Source: Phoronis australis (lineage: Eukaryota > Animalia > Phoronida). Taken from it: DNA of 64,000 nt. The position numbers and the translations under genes are program-made. The stretch covers positions 62,001-126,000 of the forward strand of contig NMRA01000239.1 of assembly GCA_002633005.1 (NCBI GenBank). The letters are read 5' to 3'. Shown one piece after another: positions 49,201 through 62,329 of this stretch. Numbering within the stretch: position 1 is the stretch's first letter; each line of letters opens with the position of its first letter. The notes beneath the pieces are model-generated. The model did no database searches. It was not told the DNA's origin and was given only the letters and a program-made list of their open reading frames with translations.

Positions 49201-50630
49201 CAGGTAGACTACTGTTACTTCCATGCCTACTCCTGTCTTCATGGTCTCCCAGCCGACGTCAAACCGGCTCAAAAGTCTTGAGCCCCCAGTGTGACAAGGA
49301 CTGGAACGTGCCTTATGCATCAATTATAGAACAGTTGTATAAGTTTGGCGAGATATCTCAAGGCAGGGGATAAATAGCGTGATCTGTTTCAGGTAATGCT
49401 GAAGAAAAAATCAAGATCACCACTTCTTGCCCCCCCCCCCGAGTCAAGTACTGGAATAGTCCCATTCGTCCAAATTTGACTGGTCCCGGCGCATCTGCAC
49501 CACATAAGAAAATAATTTCGCATGGGCGGTACAACATAGAGGCCTGCATGGGGAGGGAGGGGGGCTACATTCAGTGCTGCGCCAGCCATGTTTCGTTGTA
49601 GGCTTAAAGAACTTGATGAGCAAGCAAAGGAACCGGCAGACGACTGCTGATTATATGGAGAAGTTTAGTAATTCTTCTATCCAATGAAACTTCACAATGT
49701 TAAAATTTTCTTTAATCAAATAATATCAAATTAAGCACTTGAATGAACACATGGAAACCCATCCCCACCTCTTTCCACACCATTAGTTACATTTTAGTAA
49801 ATCCAAAAAAAGTAAATTAAAACACATTTGGTTTGAAAGCGGAGGCTACCTTTTTAAAAGCTAAATTAAGTTTTATATTCTGAGTAACTAAACTGGAGAA
49901 ATCAATGAACTCCAGAACTCCTGATTATTCCACTGGTGATATTCATTCACACAATAAGAATGACACACATCTAAGTCTAACGAGAAGAAAAGAAACACAA
50001 GTGAAAAATATTTTTACAAGTATATTTTATCATGGTGATGGATTGATATTACAAGTTCCTGTATTCTAATACAACTCAAAATAACTACACAGGATTTTCC
50101 ATCTGGAACTATAATGCAGAGTCAAATCGAAGACTTTACACTTCTCTTTTGCATAAAAGCTGCTACAACGGACTGTCAAAAACAACAAAACTGGGGTCTG
50201 TTCCATGAAAAGTGACTTAAGACTAAAGACAGAAATTTAGTCTTATGGTCCCAATTTACACTTATTGAACAAACGATTAGCATTGTTATTATTAGTAGAT
50301 CACAACTTAAAATAAATTATACACACTATCTCAATTACAAGAAGTTATGGGTATATTCTCAGAGACTATGTTTTTGTCAAAGTAAGGTCTGAAATTTTTT
50401 CCGAAACAGTTGTGCGGAGCATAAGACCACATTTCATGCGCGCACCCAGCCTTTAATATGGGGGGGCTCGAATTTCTGTCAAAGTGGACCTTTTGCTAAC
50501 AAAAAAGCGGGAGGACTGAAAACAAAAACAGGGTACCACCTTAAAGTCTGTGAACTGTACTTCTGCGCCTTTTTAGTGGAATTTTGTCTCGTTTTCTCGG
50601 ACCTTTTTACCGACTTCGCCAAATGGGGGG
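45907..50630. repeat. Apparent tandem duplication (45907-47979 vs 47981-50630) across a single N; includes a second copy of aldolase 2 first coding exon (48236-48347)
   Basis: The second copy starts right after the N at 47980. The copies differ by SNPs, a ~30 bp indel near 48078-48102 and a ~550 bp indel (~49016-49563). Confidence 0.88.
48594..48601 (-). promoter_or_regulatory. Candidate TATA box for aldolase 2 (also 46499-46506 in the other copy)
   Basis: TATAAAAA on the minus strand ~250 nt upstream of the ATG, conserved in both copies. Confidence 0.3.
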
Positions 50631-50693
50631 AGAGGGGGCTGTGCGCATGAATTTCTGTCACAAGTCTTAAGTCACCTTTCATGAAACAGGCCC
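50194..50693. mobile_element. Harbinger-like MITE with a nested CAT...ATG MITE (50435-50649)
   Basis: ~31-bp TIR GGGTCTGTTCCATGAAAAGTGACTTAAGACT / AGTCTTAAGTCACCTTTCATGAAACAGGCCC. The nested element CATGCGCGCAC...GTGCGCATG is related to 54599-54893. Confidence 0.7.
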
Positions 50694-51439
50694 AGGTCTC
50701 AAACTGTTCCTTACTGAGATTGCGGTTAGATGTGATTTTTGGGCTCAAGAAAAAATGACAGTTTATTGCTGCTAAACACCGAGTTCAATATAAGACCATG
50801 GTATACAGCACAGATACAAGGGATAACAACTGTCTTCAACATTTCCACAAGAGGCGGTAATACTAGTAAGTTTAAAATAGCCTCTGGAGCACGCAAAGCA
50901 AGACAGCAATGTAGACTAGTACCTATCTAGAGACCAGGCTGCAGCTCTAATCTATTCTGATTAGACATAGAAATGCACTCACGTATGCACAGCAAGCAGT
51001 GTGCTTCTAGGGATGTTTTTAGTGTCACAAAAATGTCCATTAGATGGTGCAGAATATGTCAAACCCGTCCATAACTGCGAAGGTGTCGTCATCTCTTCAA
51101 TACAAAACCATTTGCCAAATTTCACAATAATATACCAAGGAATTCCAACGATACAGAGGCCAACCAAGTCGTTTTGGTGGCCAGGGAAAGACCTGTTTTT
51201 CGAAGAATCTACAGTCAAAACCCGATTGCTTGGCTTTTGGATTTTAGTCTGGGCTTTGGCGAGCTCATTTCACACTTAGCTACCTAGGCATTTGGCCAAG
51301 TTGCAAGATATGAGAACCAGAACAATGAGTAATCATTTTCTGGTAGAGGATCATGGTCTGTAACAAGCACGTTGTCTCACAAAAGTTTTCATCCCTTCAA
51401 GTGAAGTTCATGTGTAACAATTTCGCAAGCCAATAATCA

Positions 51440-52253
51440 TCATCTTGCTGAATAATTGCCAGTTCTTGGGGCCGAGTGCCCTCTCACTCTCGAGTTAATC
51501 TCTGAGCGTGCACTTAGTGTGGTGCCCGTTTCTGACTTTTGTTGTTGTTTGACATGTCTTGGCTTCGACTGTGTGTCCTTGGTAACAGGTGGTGCTTTCC
51601 CGTGGCTTCGCATGTGTTTCAACATTTGAACTATGGCTGAAGGTGACACATTCATCTTCAGTAAATCTAGGATGATTCTGTGAACAAAAAGGGAATTTTG
51701 ACCATTTGTAACAACAAAATAATTTTGATCATAGAAAATACTACCATATGAGTCCTGTGCTGCAAATATTGAGTCAGAAGCATTTTAGAATATCTACAAA
51801 ACAGTACATGTGAAAAATAGTACCCCATCATAACCGATGAGCAGAAGAGATTAGTCAAATATAAACAAAAAGTTTGTATGGAGACTGTTCAGTTCTTGAC
51901 CTAGTAACCTTAATTTTGCATTAAAAAATTTGACTTTTGATTTTGTGCATAATTTTTTAGTTAAATTACCTTGAATCAGTAAAACACTAATACTCTAATG
52001 ACAAATAAAGGATTAAAATGACCACCTGGAGAACAAGGTCATCAACAATGTCTTCACTACTTTAAATCAAGCTTAACAGAGTAACACGGCAATATTTTTT
52101 TCCAAAAACCTACTTGAATACTTTTTGGTCGATGATAACGCCAGCCAACTCAGACAACTCATACAACTCAGCCTCTTCAAGAGTAAGAACATTTTTGCTT
52201 GCCAGTGTAAACTTCATAGTTTGAGACCTGAGCGGATCTTGTGGGTTGGCCAT
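51440..52253 (-). CDS. MZT2: Mitotic-spindle organizing protein 2 (MOZART2/GCP8), 2 coding exons, 125 aa
   Basis: Exons 52253-52114 and 51677-51440 (378 nt). KNVLTLEEAELYELSELAGVIIDQKVFKIILDLLKMNVSPSAIVQMLKHM matches the MOZART2 domain. An acceptor just upstream of the ATG implies a non-coding first exon. Candidate AATAAA at 50762-50767 (minus). Confidence 0.9.
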
Positions 52254-52452
52254 GCTGAAACAGGTCAAATGAATTAAACAACAAATTAAATTACCAGCCA
52301 ACCATGCAAAAAAGCATGAATATTAAAATCAAACAATCAAAGTGAAAAAGTCTATAAACAATATCTACACTCTTAAAAAGTCTATGAACAATATCTGCAC
52401 TCGAGTGCCATCTTCCATCACCTGTTTGGCAGCACTTGAGACATGTTTGAAT

Positions 52453-52531
52453 GACCAATGACCTGCTTGAAAAGTAGTGGACCAGTGACCTGCTTGAAAA
52501 GTAGTGACCAGTGATCTGCTTGAAAAGTAGT
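52453..52531. repeat. 26-27 bp minisatellite x3
   Basis: GACCARTGACCTGCTTGAAAAGTAGT repeated three times. Confidence 0.85.
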
Positions 52532-54598
52532 AACCACTTGGGAAAAGGGCATTGCTACCACGTAAAGCCAGTTACTGATGTGAAAGTTTAGTCAGCAGAC
52601 ACGCATTGGACTAGCAATGTACCAATTTGAAATAGGAGGAAATACACGTTGAGAAACTTGTGAATTTCAGTTGTGCTATAGCCTATATTGTGGTAGCCAT
52701 CTCAGGAATTAGCTTTGACTTGTTGACGAGCTTTGCTATTTTGTGGAACACGGCAATACCTGTGTGCCCCACCCCCAGGATTCCACACATGGTGTTTTCC
52801 TATTAAATGAATTTTAATTTTCTATGACTTTTTCACAAAAAGTTTTAACTACATAAGAATGCAAATTACATGTCGTGTTTCCTACTCTAATCACCTTTTC
52901 TGCTAATTTACATATACAACTTCACTTGCATCACAAATGCGATAATGATTCAATCATTTGCATTGTTTTATGAGAAGCCAGATACTTTTCGATCATGCCT
53001 CAACATGTCAAACATGGCTCAGCGTTTTCCAAACATGATGACACAGTGCTCACTGAAAATTTTAAGTCTTTTTTATTTTAATTTTTACTGACATCATAAT
53101 AAATTATAGGCTATTTTTTTCAGCCATTCATTTCTTGCAATGTAGCTCAAGGCACAAACCAGGCAAAATTTGTTTATAGGAATCATTTTCCCTTTCCTCG
53201 TCTTCTATTTTTAGTCGTACTAATTTCCTATTAAGCATGGGCGCTTGTATTCTAAATCTTTCTAGTCTTTCTTATCATGGCTACTTATACCGTATTGTCA
53301 GTTCTTCATCTTAACCTTTCTTCTATGTTTTGAGTATACTAGCTAACAAACTTGATGCATTTAACTCAGCTAAATACAAATAAATAGGCAACACTTAGCC
53401 CCCCCCCGGCTGGTACCAGCGGCGTCTTCAGGCGATGTGACTATGTTGTACTAGCCAGACCTAATATGTAGTACTGTAGCAGGCCAACAGGCCAAACGCC
53501 GAGTGCCTGTTGACAGTACCCATCAGCCGCTCGCCGTTGCTATTGAGTCAATAACAGAACGAGCGGGAAATCTTGACTCGAACGAGTCGCTGTGAATGGC
53601 AACGAAGTAGCCAATAGTCAACGCTTACCGACTAATATCAAAGTACCTGACAAAACAGCTTATTTGTACAGAATCTTGACTGTGCTCTCGACTTCTGCTT
53701 CTTCCTCAAAACAAGCTTGTGCACAACCAAAGAAAATGGAACGGGAAAATTGCACCTACATGTTTTTTGCTATGGCCATGGGTTCCATCTTGATTTCATG
53801 GGCAACTGCGATCCTGGCGGATGGGTGTGAGGTTGCAGACGATAAAAATGACGGGAGCGTAAATGTCCTCGAAGCGAGCATGGACGCTCGTTATATAGTG
53901 TATGGTTCAACTTTTGTAACTTATATATATGCGATCGTCCATTGTGTTATGGGCCTGCATTCGGGGTCTAATGTACCCCCTGTTAAAGCTTGAATCGAAT
54001 GCATATAAAGAGAACGCAATCACTTCCAGTCTGCGAGATACAAACTTGCGGGGATGGGAGAACTCAGTAGGCCTACTAGTACTAGTTGGCAATGACCATC
54101 GCCTCTGTTGGTTCGGGCAAACAGAGGCGATGGTCATTGCCTAGCCTACTAGTAGCTTTTTACCAGATAATCGTATGCAAGAAATTTTATCTTTATTAAG
54201 TTGGCTTATGATTTTTTAACATTTTCAGTGAAATTGATATACGCCTTATTAAAACTCATACAATAATCTCAAAAAATTTCTCTTGATGCTTGAAATTCAA
54301 TTCAGAAACCTCAATCGGATCACCATGCTTCAAAGGCCTAAATCGTGAACATCGCCGTCACGATCAAAGTCGCCGGGTGACATCGGGCGTGTTAGTGTTC
54401 AGTAGCGCTGACCTACGCTAGGACCTAGCTAAATTCTAGCCAAAGTCACGTGCAAAAAAAACAAAAAAAAAAAACACGGCAATACCCCACGTAAGCTCGC
54501 GAAGTCTTGCTTTTTAGCGAGGCCCTCTGGCGTTCCTGACGTTCGCCGGGCTGATATACTCAACGTTGGAAGATTGGCAACTAACCTTGATACAAAGT

Positions 54599-54893
54599 CA
54601 TTCGCGCACCCAGCCTTAAAATTGGGGGGGCTCTGATTTTTGAGAATGTGGGCGTTTTACTAAGATTCACGGCCGGGGGCTTTCAACTGAGCGCTGAATC
54701 GTGCATTCGACGGTCGACTTTTGTTAGTTCGCTGTTTTTATTGGAACTTCATTGTCTCGTTTTCTACTTTATTTCGGAGTTTTCGAAATTCCCTGAGGCG
54801 GACTTTCATTTTGTCTACTTCGCCAAATTGGTGGAGGGGGGGGGGGCTCGAAAGAGCTCCCCTAATCCCCCTGGCCGGGATCAGTGCGCGAAT
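54599..54893. mobile_element. MITE with CATTCGCGCAC termini (second copy ~59671-59943)
   Basis: TIR CATTCGCGCAC / GTGCGCGAATG; internal sequence shared with 50435-50649. Confidence 0.65.
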
Positions 54894-56784
54894 GCTCCAG
54901 CGAGGTCCTTGATGAACTCAGTCGAAACCGATGAAATTTTGATTTCATACTTAAAAGTATAGATATATATAGCTCATTGATCAAAAGAGTACAGCACATT
55001 TGTTCTGGCCTGCGACCATGATCTATATAGCTCATTGGACGAAACAGTACATCACTTTTGTGCTCCTGTGTGGTCAAATCGTGACCATAGGTTTAGCTTG
55101 ACGCGGCCACAAATCGTTCACATTGTGAGTAAGTGTAAATGTAGCCGGGTCCTTCACATGCGTAGATGAAACGGCATCCAGCGACAACTGCGTGAGTCGA
55201 GTGACCCGAGGAAGGCCAGTTAAAGGGTTTCCAAACAACATTGTTGTGGCATGCCAACCGAGGCTACTTTTTCAGAACCAGAAATCGTCTCGCAAAAAGC
55301 AACCAGAAGTTCAGAAAGCACTATTTGAAAATGACCCCAAGTTACACGAAATGTATGAGCACTCCCTATAGCCAAATAGCAGAATCTTGGAAATCATTGT
55401 GTGATGTCGAAAGAAATCCGGAAGGGATTTTCCTTGTGGCTTACCATAGTAAAGCTACTAAGCCTTGGGAACAATACCTTCCTTCAGTTGGGAGTACTGA
55501 TATACACCAAAACACTAACACTTCTGTGTTGGCCCCGAAAGACAGGTCAACGGACGAAAGAGTAATAGCAAGCAGCAGACCTTGGTACCCCGTTTCTCAC
55601 TCACGACTTTTGAATGTTACATACCGTGAATTTCCGAAAAAATAAGTCCACCCAAAGGTACGGCCATGGGCCGGGGCGTGCTTTCGGAAAAAATTGCAAG
55701 TGTACACCGCCGGGGCATATTTTCGGTAACTGTATTGAATGTTTTGAAAATCTGACGGGTTGTTTTAAAAAACGCATAAAATATGATTTGTAAAATTTTG
55801 TTTATTTTGGCAAGGCATTATATTTTGAGATCATGACTCAAGTTCACTCATGACTAGGCCTATCATTTAATGAGATATTGGCAAGGTGACTGCTTGTGGT
55901 GAACTGTATTAGCACACAATGACGGATAGTTTTAACGCACTGTGGTTGTTGAATTAGAATGGACGAATGAAGTTCTTAAAATTTCCATTGTGGTTCAGGT
56001 GAGTTATGGCCGGCAGGCTAGTTCTAGTTGAAGAATAAATTATAGTAGTCATGCACAGGACTCCGATGTTGTTCTTCAGATACTCAATTTCTACCCGAAA
56101 TTAAGGAAAATTGGACTTCTCCGTTACGTGTAGAACTTGCTGTTGTAGAAGTCATAAATTAAAATTGTTTGCTCATCTGCGCGCAACCCGACCGTAAAAT
56201 AAATGCGCAACTCAACACGTTTCAGTTGTTTACAATGTGACATAAGAATTTTTAATTATAAAATGAAAGTATGTTTGGAACAAAAATGAACGTTTTTTGG
56301 CAATTGAAAGTGAAAAAACCCAAAACGTTCTACCGATATACTTGCCAATCTCAAGATAGGGCAAGACGTAAAGAAACAAAAATATTTTAGGGACGGCTTA
56401 AAATAATGTTTTAGAAGCTTAAAATAATGTTTTGCTTAATTCTGAAAACTACAAAAGGAAATGTGTATTATAGCTATTGAAAATGTCATAAAACCGGTCA
56501 TTCTCATCAGGAAATGCGAAATCCGGCCGTATGTAAATGCCATGATAGGATGCCAGAGGTGCAACATGCTAGGATTGGTGATGCCTAGGCCGGCCGTAGT
56601 GACGATCGCCATTGATTGCTACCAATGTTATCCAGCTTGCCAGTTAGTCAAACAATTTGCCCCATGTCGTTTGTGCTGCTCCGATTGCCTGTACTTTTGC
56701 GCCGCCTCCTATTTTTTTTCTGAGAACCGTCACCCTCAATATCTAAGTCGCTGTACTTCGTTACCTTATATGCCAAGAATTTGA

Positions 56785-57603
56785 AACAAGAGCAACGCGA
56801 AGGGTTGAAATGCGCCCACGAATGCATCGCAACATACCGTCGAATCCGTCTGAAAAGCAGAAAATGTCATCGTTTCTTTAAATGAAAGCCATTTACCAAA
56901 TTTCATTAAAATTCGTCGGGGAACTTCAGAGAAACAGAGGAAAGCAAAAAAAAATGAATTGCTACTAGGGGGCACAGTGTTTGTCGGATCCGTCTAAAAG
57001 TCGTCGTCTTCTCTTGTTAACTTCATATAAATACAAGTTCTAAATTTAATAAAGATCCTGTTGAACGTTTAGGAAATACACCCTAGGGCGCAAAAAACAA
57101 ACAAAGCTGCCACTAGGAGGCGCCACAGTAGTTGAAGTCGGAAAATCGCCAACTGCCTTCTTCATATAATAGTAAGAACATGCATGCCAATTTTCACAAT
57201 CATCCTTAGAGTGGTTTGGTTGTTAAAGGGGCGGACGCCAAAAAAAAAAAACAATTCGAAAATAGTAAAAATGGTCACTAGATGGCGCAAAGTGTCTCGC
57301 ATACATTCGAAAACGGGAGGATAGCGTCAACTCATTTTTAGATGCCTATGCCAGTGCCAAAGTTCATGAAAATCAGTTGCTTTGAAGATACAGAGGTAAA
57401 CCTAAAAAAATAAAATTGCCACTAGGGGGCAACGCGGTATTCGGGTTGGTCCGAAACTCGTCGCCCTCTGTCGTCAACCTCATAGGAACACACCTGCCAA
57501 ATCCAATAAGTTCCTGCAAGGGGTTTAGGAGATACAGCCGCAGACGCCCAGACAGAGATGACGGCAATATGCGACCACATATAAATACTCGGGCGCATAA
57601 AAA
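56785..57603 (-). mobile_element. Helentron-associated non-autonomous element (HINE/DINE-like), short array
   Basis: AACAAGAGCAACGCGAAGGGTTG end, subterminal TGCGCCCACG, four clear core units, and terminal ATGCGACCAC...CGGGCGCATAAAAA. Confidence 0.75.
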
Positions 57604-60600
57604 TGACCATGCACTTGTATTTGAATGCCAATTAAGTACAAATTTTGAACGCTCAGACGATTGACAATAAAATTACTCGGAAACTTTCAAGTCCGCCAGT
57701 ACTGAGACACTACTTTCACATCACCACTAACAAAACGTTAACATTTATATAAGCAAACTGACGTCTTGTATCAAATTAAATGTCACAAGTCTTTGTAAAT
57801 ATTCATAACGACAACATAACTTAATGCTAAAAAGCCGCTGATCAAAATACCGCAGCTGAACATACGGACTAAGGCCCATGCACACATACATATTCCAATA
57901 ACGAAATTTTGTCAAAAATATAATTTTGCTAAAGTGTTTTACAAGCTTCAATTACAGGTGTATCTTCAAGGGGAAGGCAACCGATTGCTGGTTATCTTAA
58001 ATAAATTTCCAAGTTCACACGTTCCTCCCGGATTCGGTTAACTAATTATGCATGCCTTACTCTGGGAGTGACGTTCGCGGCACAAATCATTCCTCGCAAG
58101 CTTCGATTACACGTACTTCGACTACGTTTGGCATCGGATTGAGTAGGTACGCAAGCTCACCACTGTCGAAATCCAAAATGAAGCACTGGCATCTCAGCCC
58201 AAGATTTTCGATCAAACCGGCAGCTGCTATACGTAACTCTAAAAGTACATCATTCCAGCCGACATGCCCTGCGACATTGGAAAACCAACGGCTTTGATGG
58301 TCTTGTGACCCACGGCACACAGGCATCTTTCAGTTCTGAAACTCTAAGGCTAAAATGTACCTATCCTAAGAAGCACGAGTTCAACGCGTGTAACTGTAGA
58401 AATTTGGGTGTCGGTGGTCTGCTCAGAAAAAAAAAAAAAACGTCTGAACTCCTTTTATTTTCAGGGGCCATCCACTGGATCTACTATGGTGCAAAAATAC
58501 ACATATAAAGTCCTCAACTGACTGATCTCATTTGTGCTTCAAGACTTCGTCTTCACTAAGCCCGCAAGGAAAGATTTTAAAAGAACATTTCGGTATACGT
58601 CATTCATGGACACTTTGCCGGTCGTAACTGTGACTGGACGTTTAGTTTTGCGAAAGTGTCTGTGTGCCAAATAATTCTAAAAAAGCACTGTTGAAATTCA
58701 TCGGAAATTACGCAGTCATGCCACACAAAGGAGTAGGGTTACTGCGCTTTTGAACGCAGACTTCGTACCAAAATGCAATGCATATTACTCAAACTTCACT
58801 TGGCCGTTTAGCCCGGTACTTGCGACCTGAAAAGGAGGACCTGGTGTCGGACATTGGTGATAGTCGGAGTCTAGAAGACAATTCTGGTGCTGACAACAAT
58901 GTCCAACCCAACCACCTGACTAAGAATGTGGTACCTAGCGCCAGATAACATATTTGTTAAAATGGAAACTAAAGTACTTGATTTAATAGCTGAATTGGCG
59001 TACTTTATTTCACTGCTGAATACAACAGTAGCAAATGCTACTTACGATCATTATAAAGAGACATTAGTTTGACATCAGAATTACAAAGACAAAATCACCA
59101 ACGAATTGTCGGTTCTTCCAAAAACGATCGGGGGGGAGGTTGGCTGTAATCGAGGCTGGATGGGGTTGGTGGTCATGACAGGTGATGACAGAGGGATGGA
59201 GTAAAAGCGGCAAATTTTGGATGACATATGTGAATACATCCTAATTACTAGGTTGTCAATATACGAGTGTGAAATAATTCGTCTCCTGATATACCAGATG
59301 ACAAGTTTGTGTGAAAAAGAAGCATTTGAAGAACTTTATGGCTTTTTGTAAACACCAATGATTGTACTTATGTGTCTGTAGATGAAAGAATGGAGTGGCT
59401 TGCTGGTAATGTGAAGAAGCACCTGAAGCATATGTACTTGAATCGCAAAAATGTAAACCTCAGGATTAACAGCAGTATGTGTGGCTGGCGTACATGACAG
59501 TTATAACTGATGTAAAGGGTGCGTTAGAACGTCTTCCGACCAGTGACAAAAATTCCATTTCTTTACACCANATTAAAGTCTTGCTTTTTAGCGAGGCCCT
59601 GGCGTTCCTGAAGGTGTTCGGCTGATATACTCAACGTTTGGAAGATTGGCAACTAACCTTGATACAAAATCATTCGCGCACCCAGCCTTAAAATTGGGGG
59701 GGGGCTCTGATTTTTGAGAATGTGGGCCTTTTACTAAGATTCACAGGGGACTTTCAACTGAGCGCTGAATCGTGCATTCGTCGACTTTTGTTAGTTCCTG
59801 TTTTTATTGGACCTTCATTGTCTCGTTTTCTACTTTATTTCGGAGTTTTCCCTGAGGCGGATTTTCATTTTATCTACTTCGCCACATTGGTGGGGGGGGG
59901 GTCGAAAGAGCTCCCCTAATCCCCCTGGGTCAGTGCGCGAATGCCCCAGCGAGGTCCTTGATGAACTCAGTCGAAACCGATGAAATTTAATTTTAATACT
60001 TAAAAGTATAGATATATATATAGCTCATTGGTCAAAAGAGTACAGCACATTTGTGCTCCTGCGCCCATGATCTATATAGCTCATTGGACGAAACAGTACA
60101 TCACTTTTGTGCTCCTGCGTGCTCAAATCGTGACCACGGGTTGAGCTTGAAGCCACAAATCGTTCACATTGTGAGTAAGTGTAAATGCAGCTTAAAGAAT
60201 CGTTGCCGGGTCCTTCACATGCGTAGATGAAACGGCATCTAGCGACAACTGCGTTCGAGTGACCCGAGGAAGGCCACAACATTGTTGTGGCATGGAAAGA
60301 AACCGAGGCTACTTTTTCAAAACCAGAAATCGTCTCGCAAAAAGCAACCAGAAGTTCAGAAAGCACTATTTGAAAATCACCCCAAAAAAGTTACACGAAG
60401 TGTATGAGCACAATATAGCCCAATAGCAGAATCTTGGAAATCATAGTGTGATGTCGAAAGAAATCCGGAAGGGATTTTCCTTGTGGCTTACCATAGTAAA
60501 GCTACTAAGCCTTGGGAACAATACCATCCTTCAGTTGGGAGTACTGATATACACCAAAACACTGTGGCCCCGAAAGACAGGTCAATGGACGAAAGAGTGA

Positions 60601-62329
60601 TAGCAAGCAGCAGACTTTGGTACCTTGTTTCTCAATCACGACTTTTGAATCTTACATACCGTGAATTTTCGAAAAAATAAGTCCACCCAAAGGTACGCCC
60701 ATGGGCCGGGGCGTGTTTTCGGAAAAAATACAGAGGTACACCTAAAAAATAAAATTGCCACTAGGGGGAAATAAGTACAAATTTTGAACGCTCAGACGAT
60801 TGACAATAAAATTACTCAGAAACTTTCAAGTCAGTACTGAGACGCTATTTTCACATCACCACTGACAAAACGTTAACATTTATATAAGCAAACTGACGTC
60901 TTGTATCAAATTAAATGTCACAAGTCTTTGTAAATATTCATAACGACAACATAACTTAATGCTAAAAAGCCGCTGACCATACCGCAGCTGAACATACGGA
61001 TTTAGGCCCATGCACACATATACATATTCCAATAACGAAATTTTGTCAAAAATATAATTTTGCTAAAATGTTTTACAAGCTTCAATTACAGGCGTATCTT
61101 CAAGGGGAAGGCAACCGATTGCTGGTTATCTTAAATAAATTTCCAAGTTCATACGTTCCTCCCGGATTCTAACTAATCATGCATGCCTTAGCTCTGGGAG
61201 TCACGTTCGCGGCACAAATCTTTCCTCGCAAGCTTCTGATTACACGTACTTCGACCACGTTTGGCATCGGATTGAGTAGGTACGCAAGCTCACCACTGTT
61301 GAAATCCAAAATGAAGCGCTGGCTTCTTAGCCCAAGAGTTTTCGATCGTGAAACCGGCAGCTGCTACGTAACTCTAAAAGTACATCATTCCCGAGCATAT
61401 GCCCTGCGACATTGGAGATCAACGGCTTTGATGGTCTTGTGACCCACGGCACACAGGCATCTTTCAGTTCTGGAACTCTAAGGCTAATATGTACCTATCC
61501 TAAGAAGCACGAGTTCAACGCGTGTAACTGTAGAAATCTGGGTGTGGTCTGCTCAGAAAAAAACGTCTGAACTCCTTTTATTTCCAGGGGCCATCCACTG
61601 GATCTACTATGGTGCAAAAATATACATATAAAGTCCTCAACTGACTGATCTCATTTGTGCTTCAAGACTAAGCCCGCAAGGAAAGAAGGTTTGAAAACTG
61701 AGAACATTTCGGTATATGTCATTCATGGACACTTTGCCGGCCGGTCATAACTGTGACTGGACGTTTAGTTTTGCGAAAGTGGCTGTGTGCCAAATAATTC
61801 TAAAAAAGCACCACTGTTGAAATCCATCGGAAATTACGCAGTCATGCCACACAAAGGAGTAGGGTTACTGCGCTTTTGAACGCAGACTTCGTACCAAAAT
61901 GCAATGCATATTACTCAACATAAACTTCACTTGGCCGTTTAGCTACTTGCAACCTGAAAAGGAGGACCTGGTGTCGGACATTGGTGATAGTCGGAGTCTA
62001 GAAGACAATTCTGGTGCTGACAACAATGTCAAACCCAACCACCTGACTAAGAATGTGGTACCTAGCGCCAGATAACATATTTGCGTCTTAACCGATTGTT
62101 AAAATGGAAACTAAAGTACTTCATAGCTGAATTGGCGTACTTGATTTCACTGCTGAATACAACAGTAGCAAATGCTACTTACGATCATTATAAAGAGACA
62201 TTAGTTTGACATCAGAATTACAAAGACAAAATCACCAACGAATTGTCGGTTCTTCCAAAAACGATCGGGGGAGGTTGGCTGTAATAGAGGCTCTGGATGG
62301 GGTTGGTGGTCATGACCGGTGATGACAGA

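Noticed and set aside
53592-53993. 133-aa ORF with hydrophobic segments
   Set aside because: Non-ATG start in the track, no recognisable domain, and it overlaps the probable MZT2 promoter; cannot be supported without expression data.
55241-58326. ORFs 55241-55645 and 58087-58326 as genes
   Set aside because: The other haplotype copy carries frameshifting indels through both, and no family motif was recognised.
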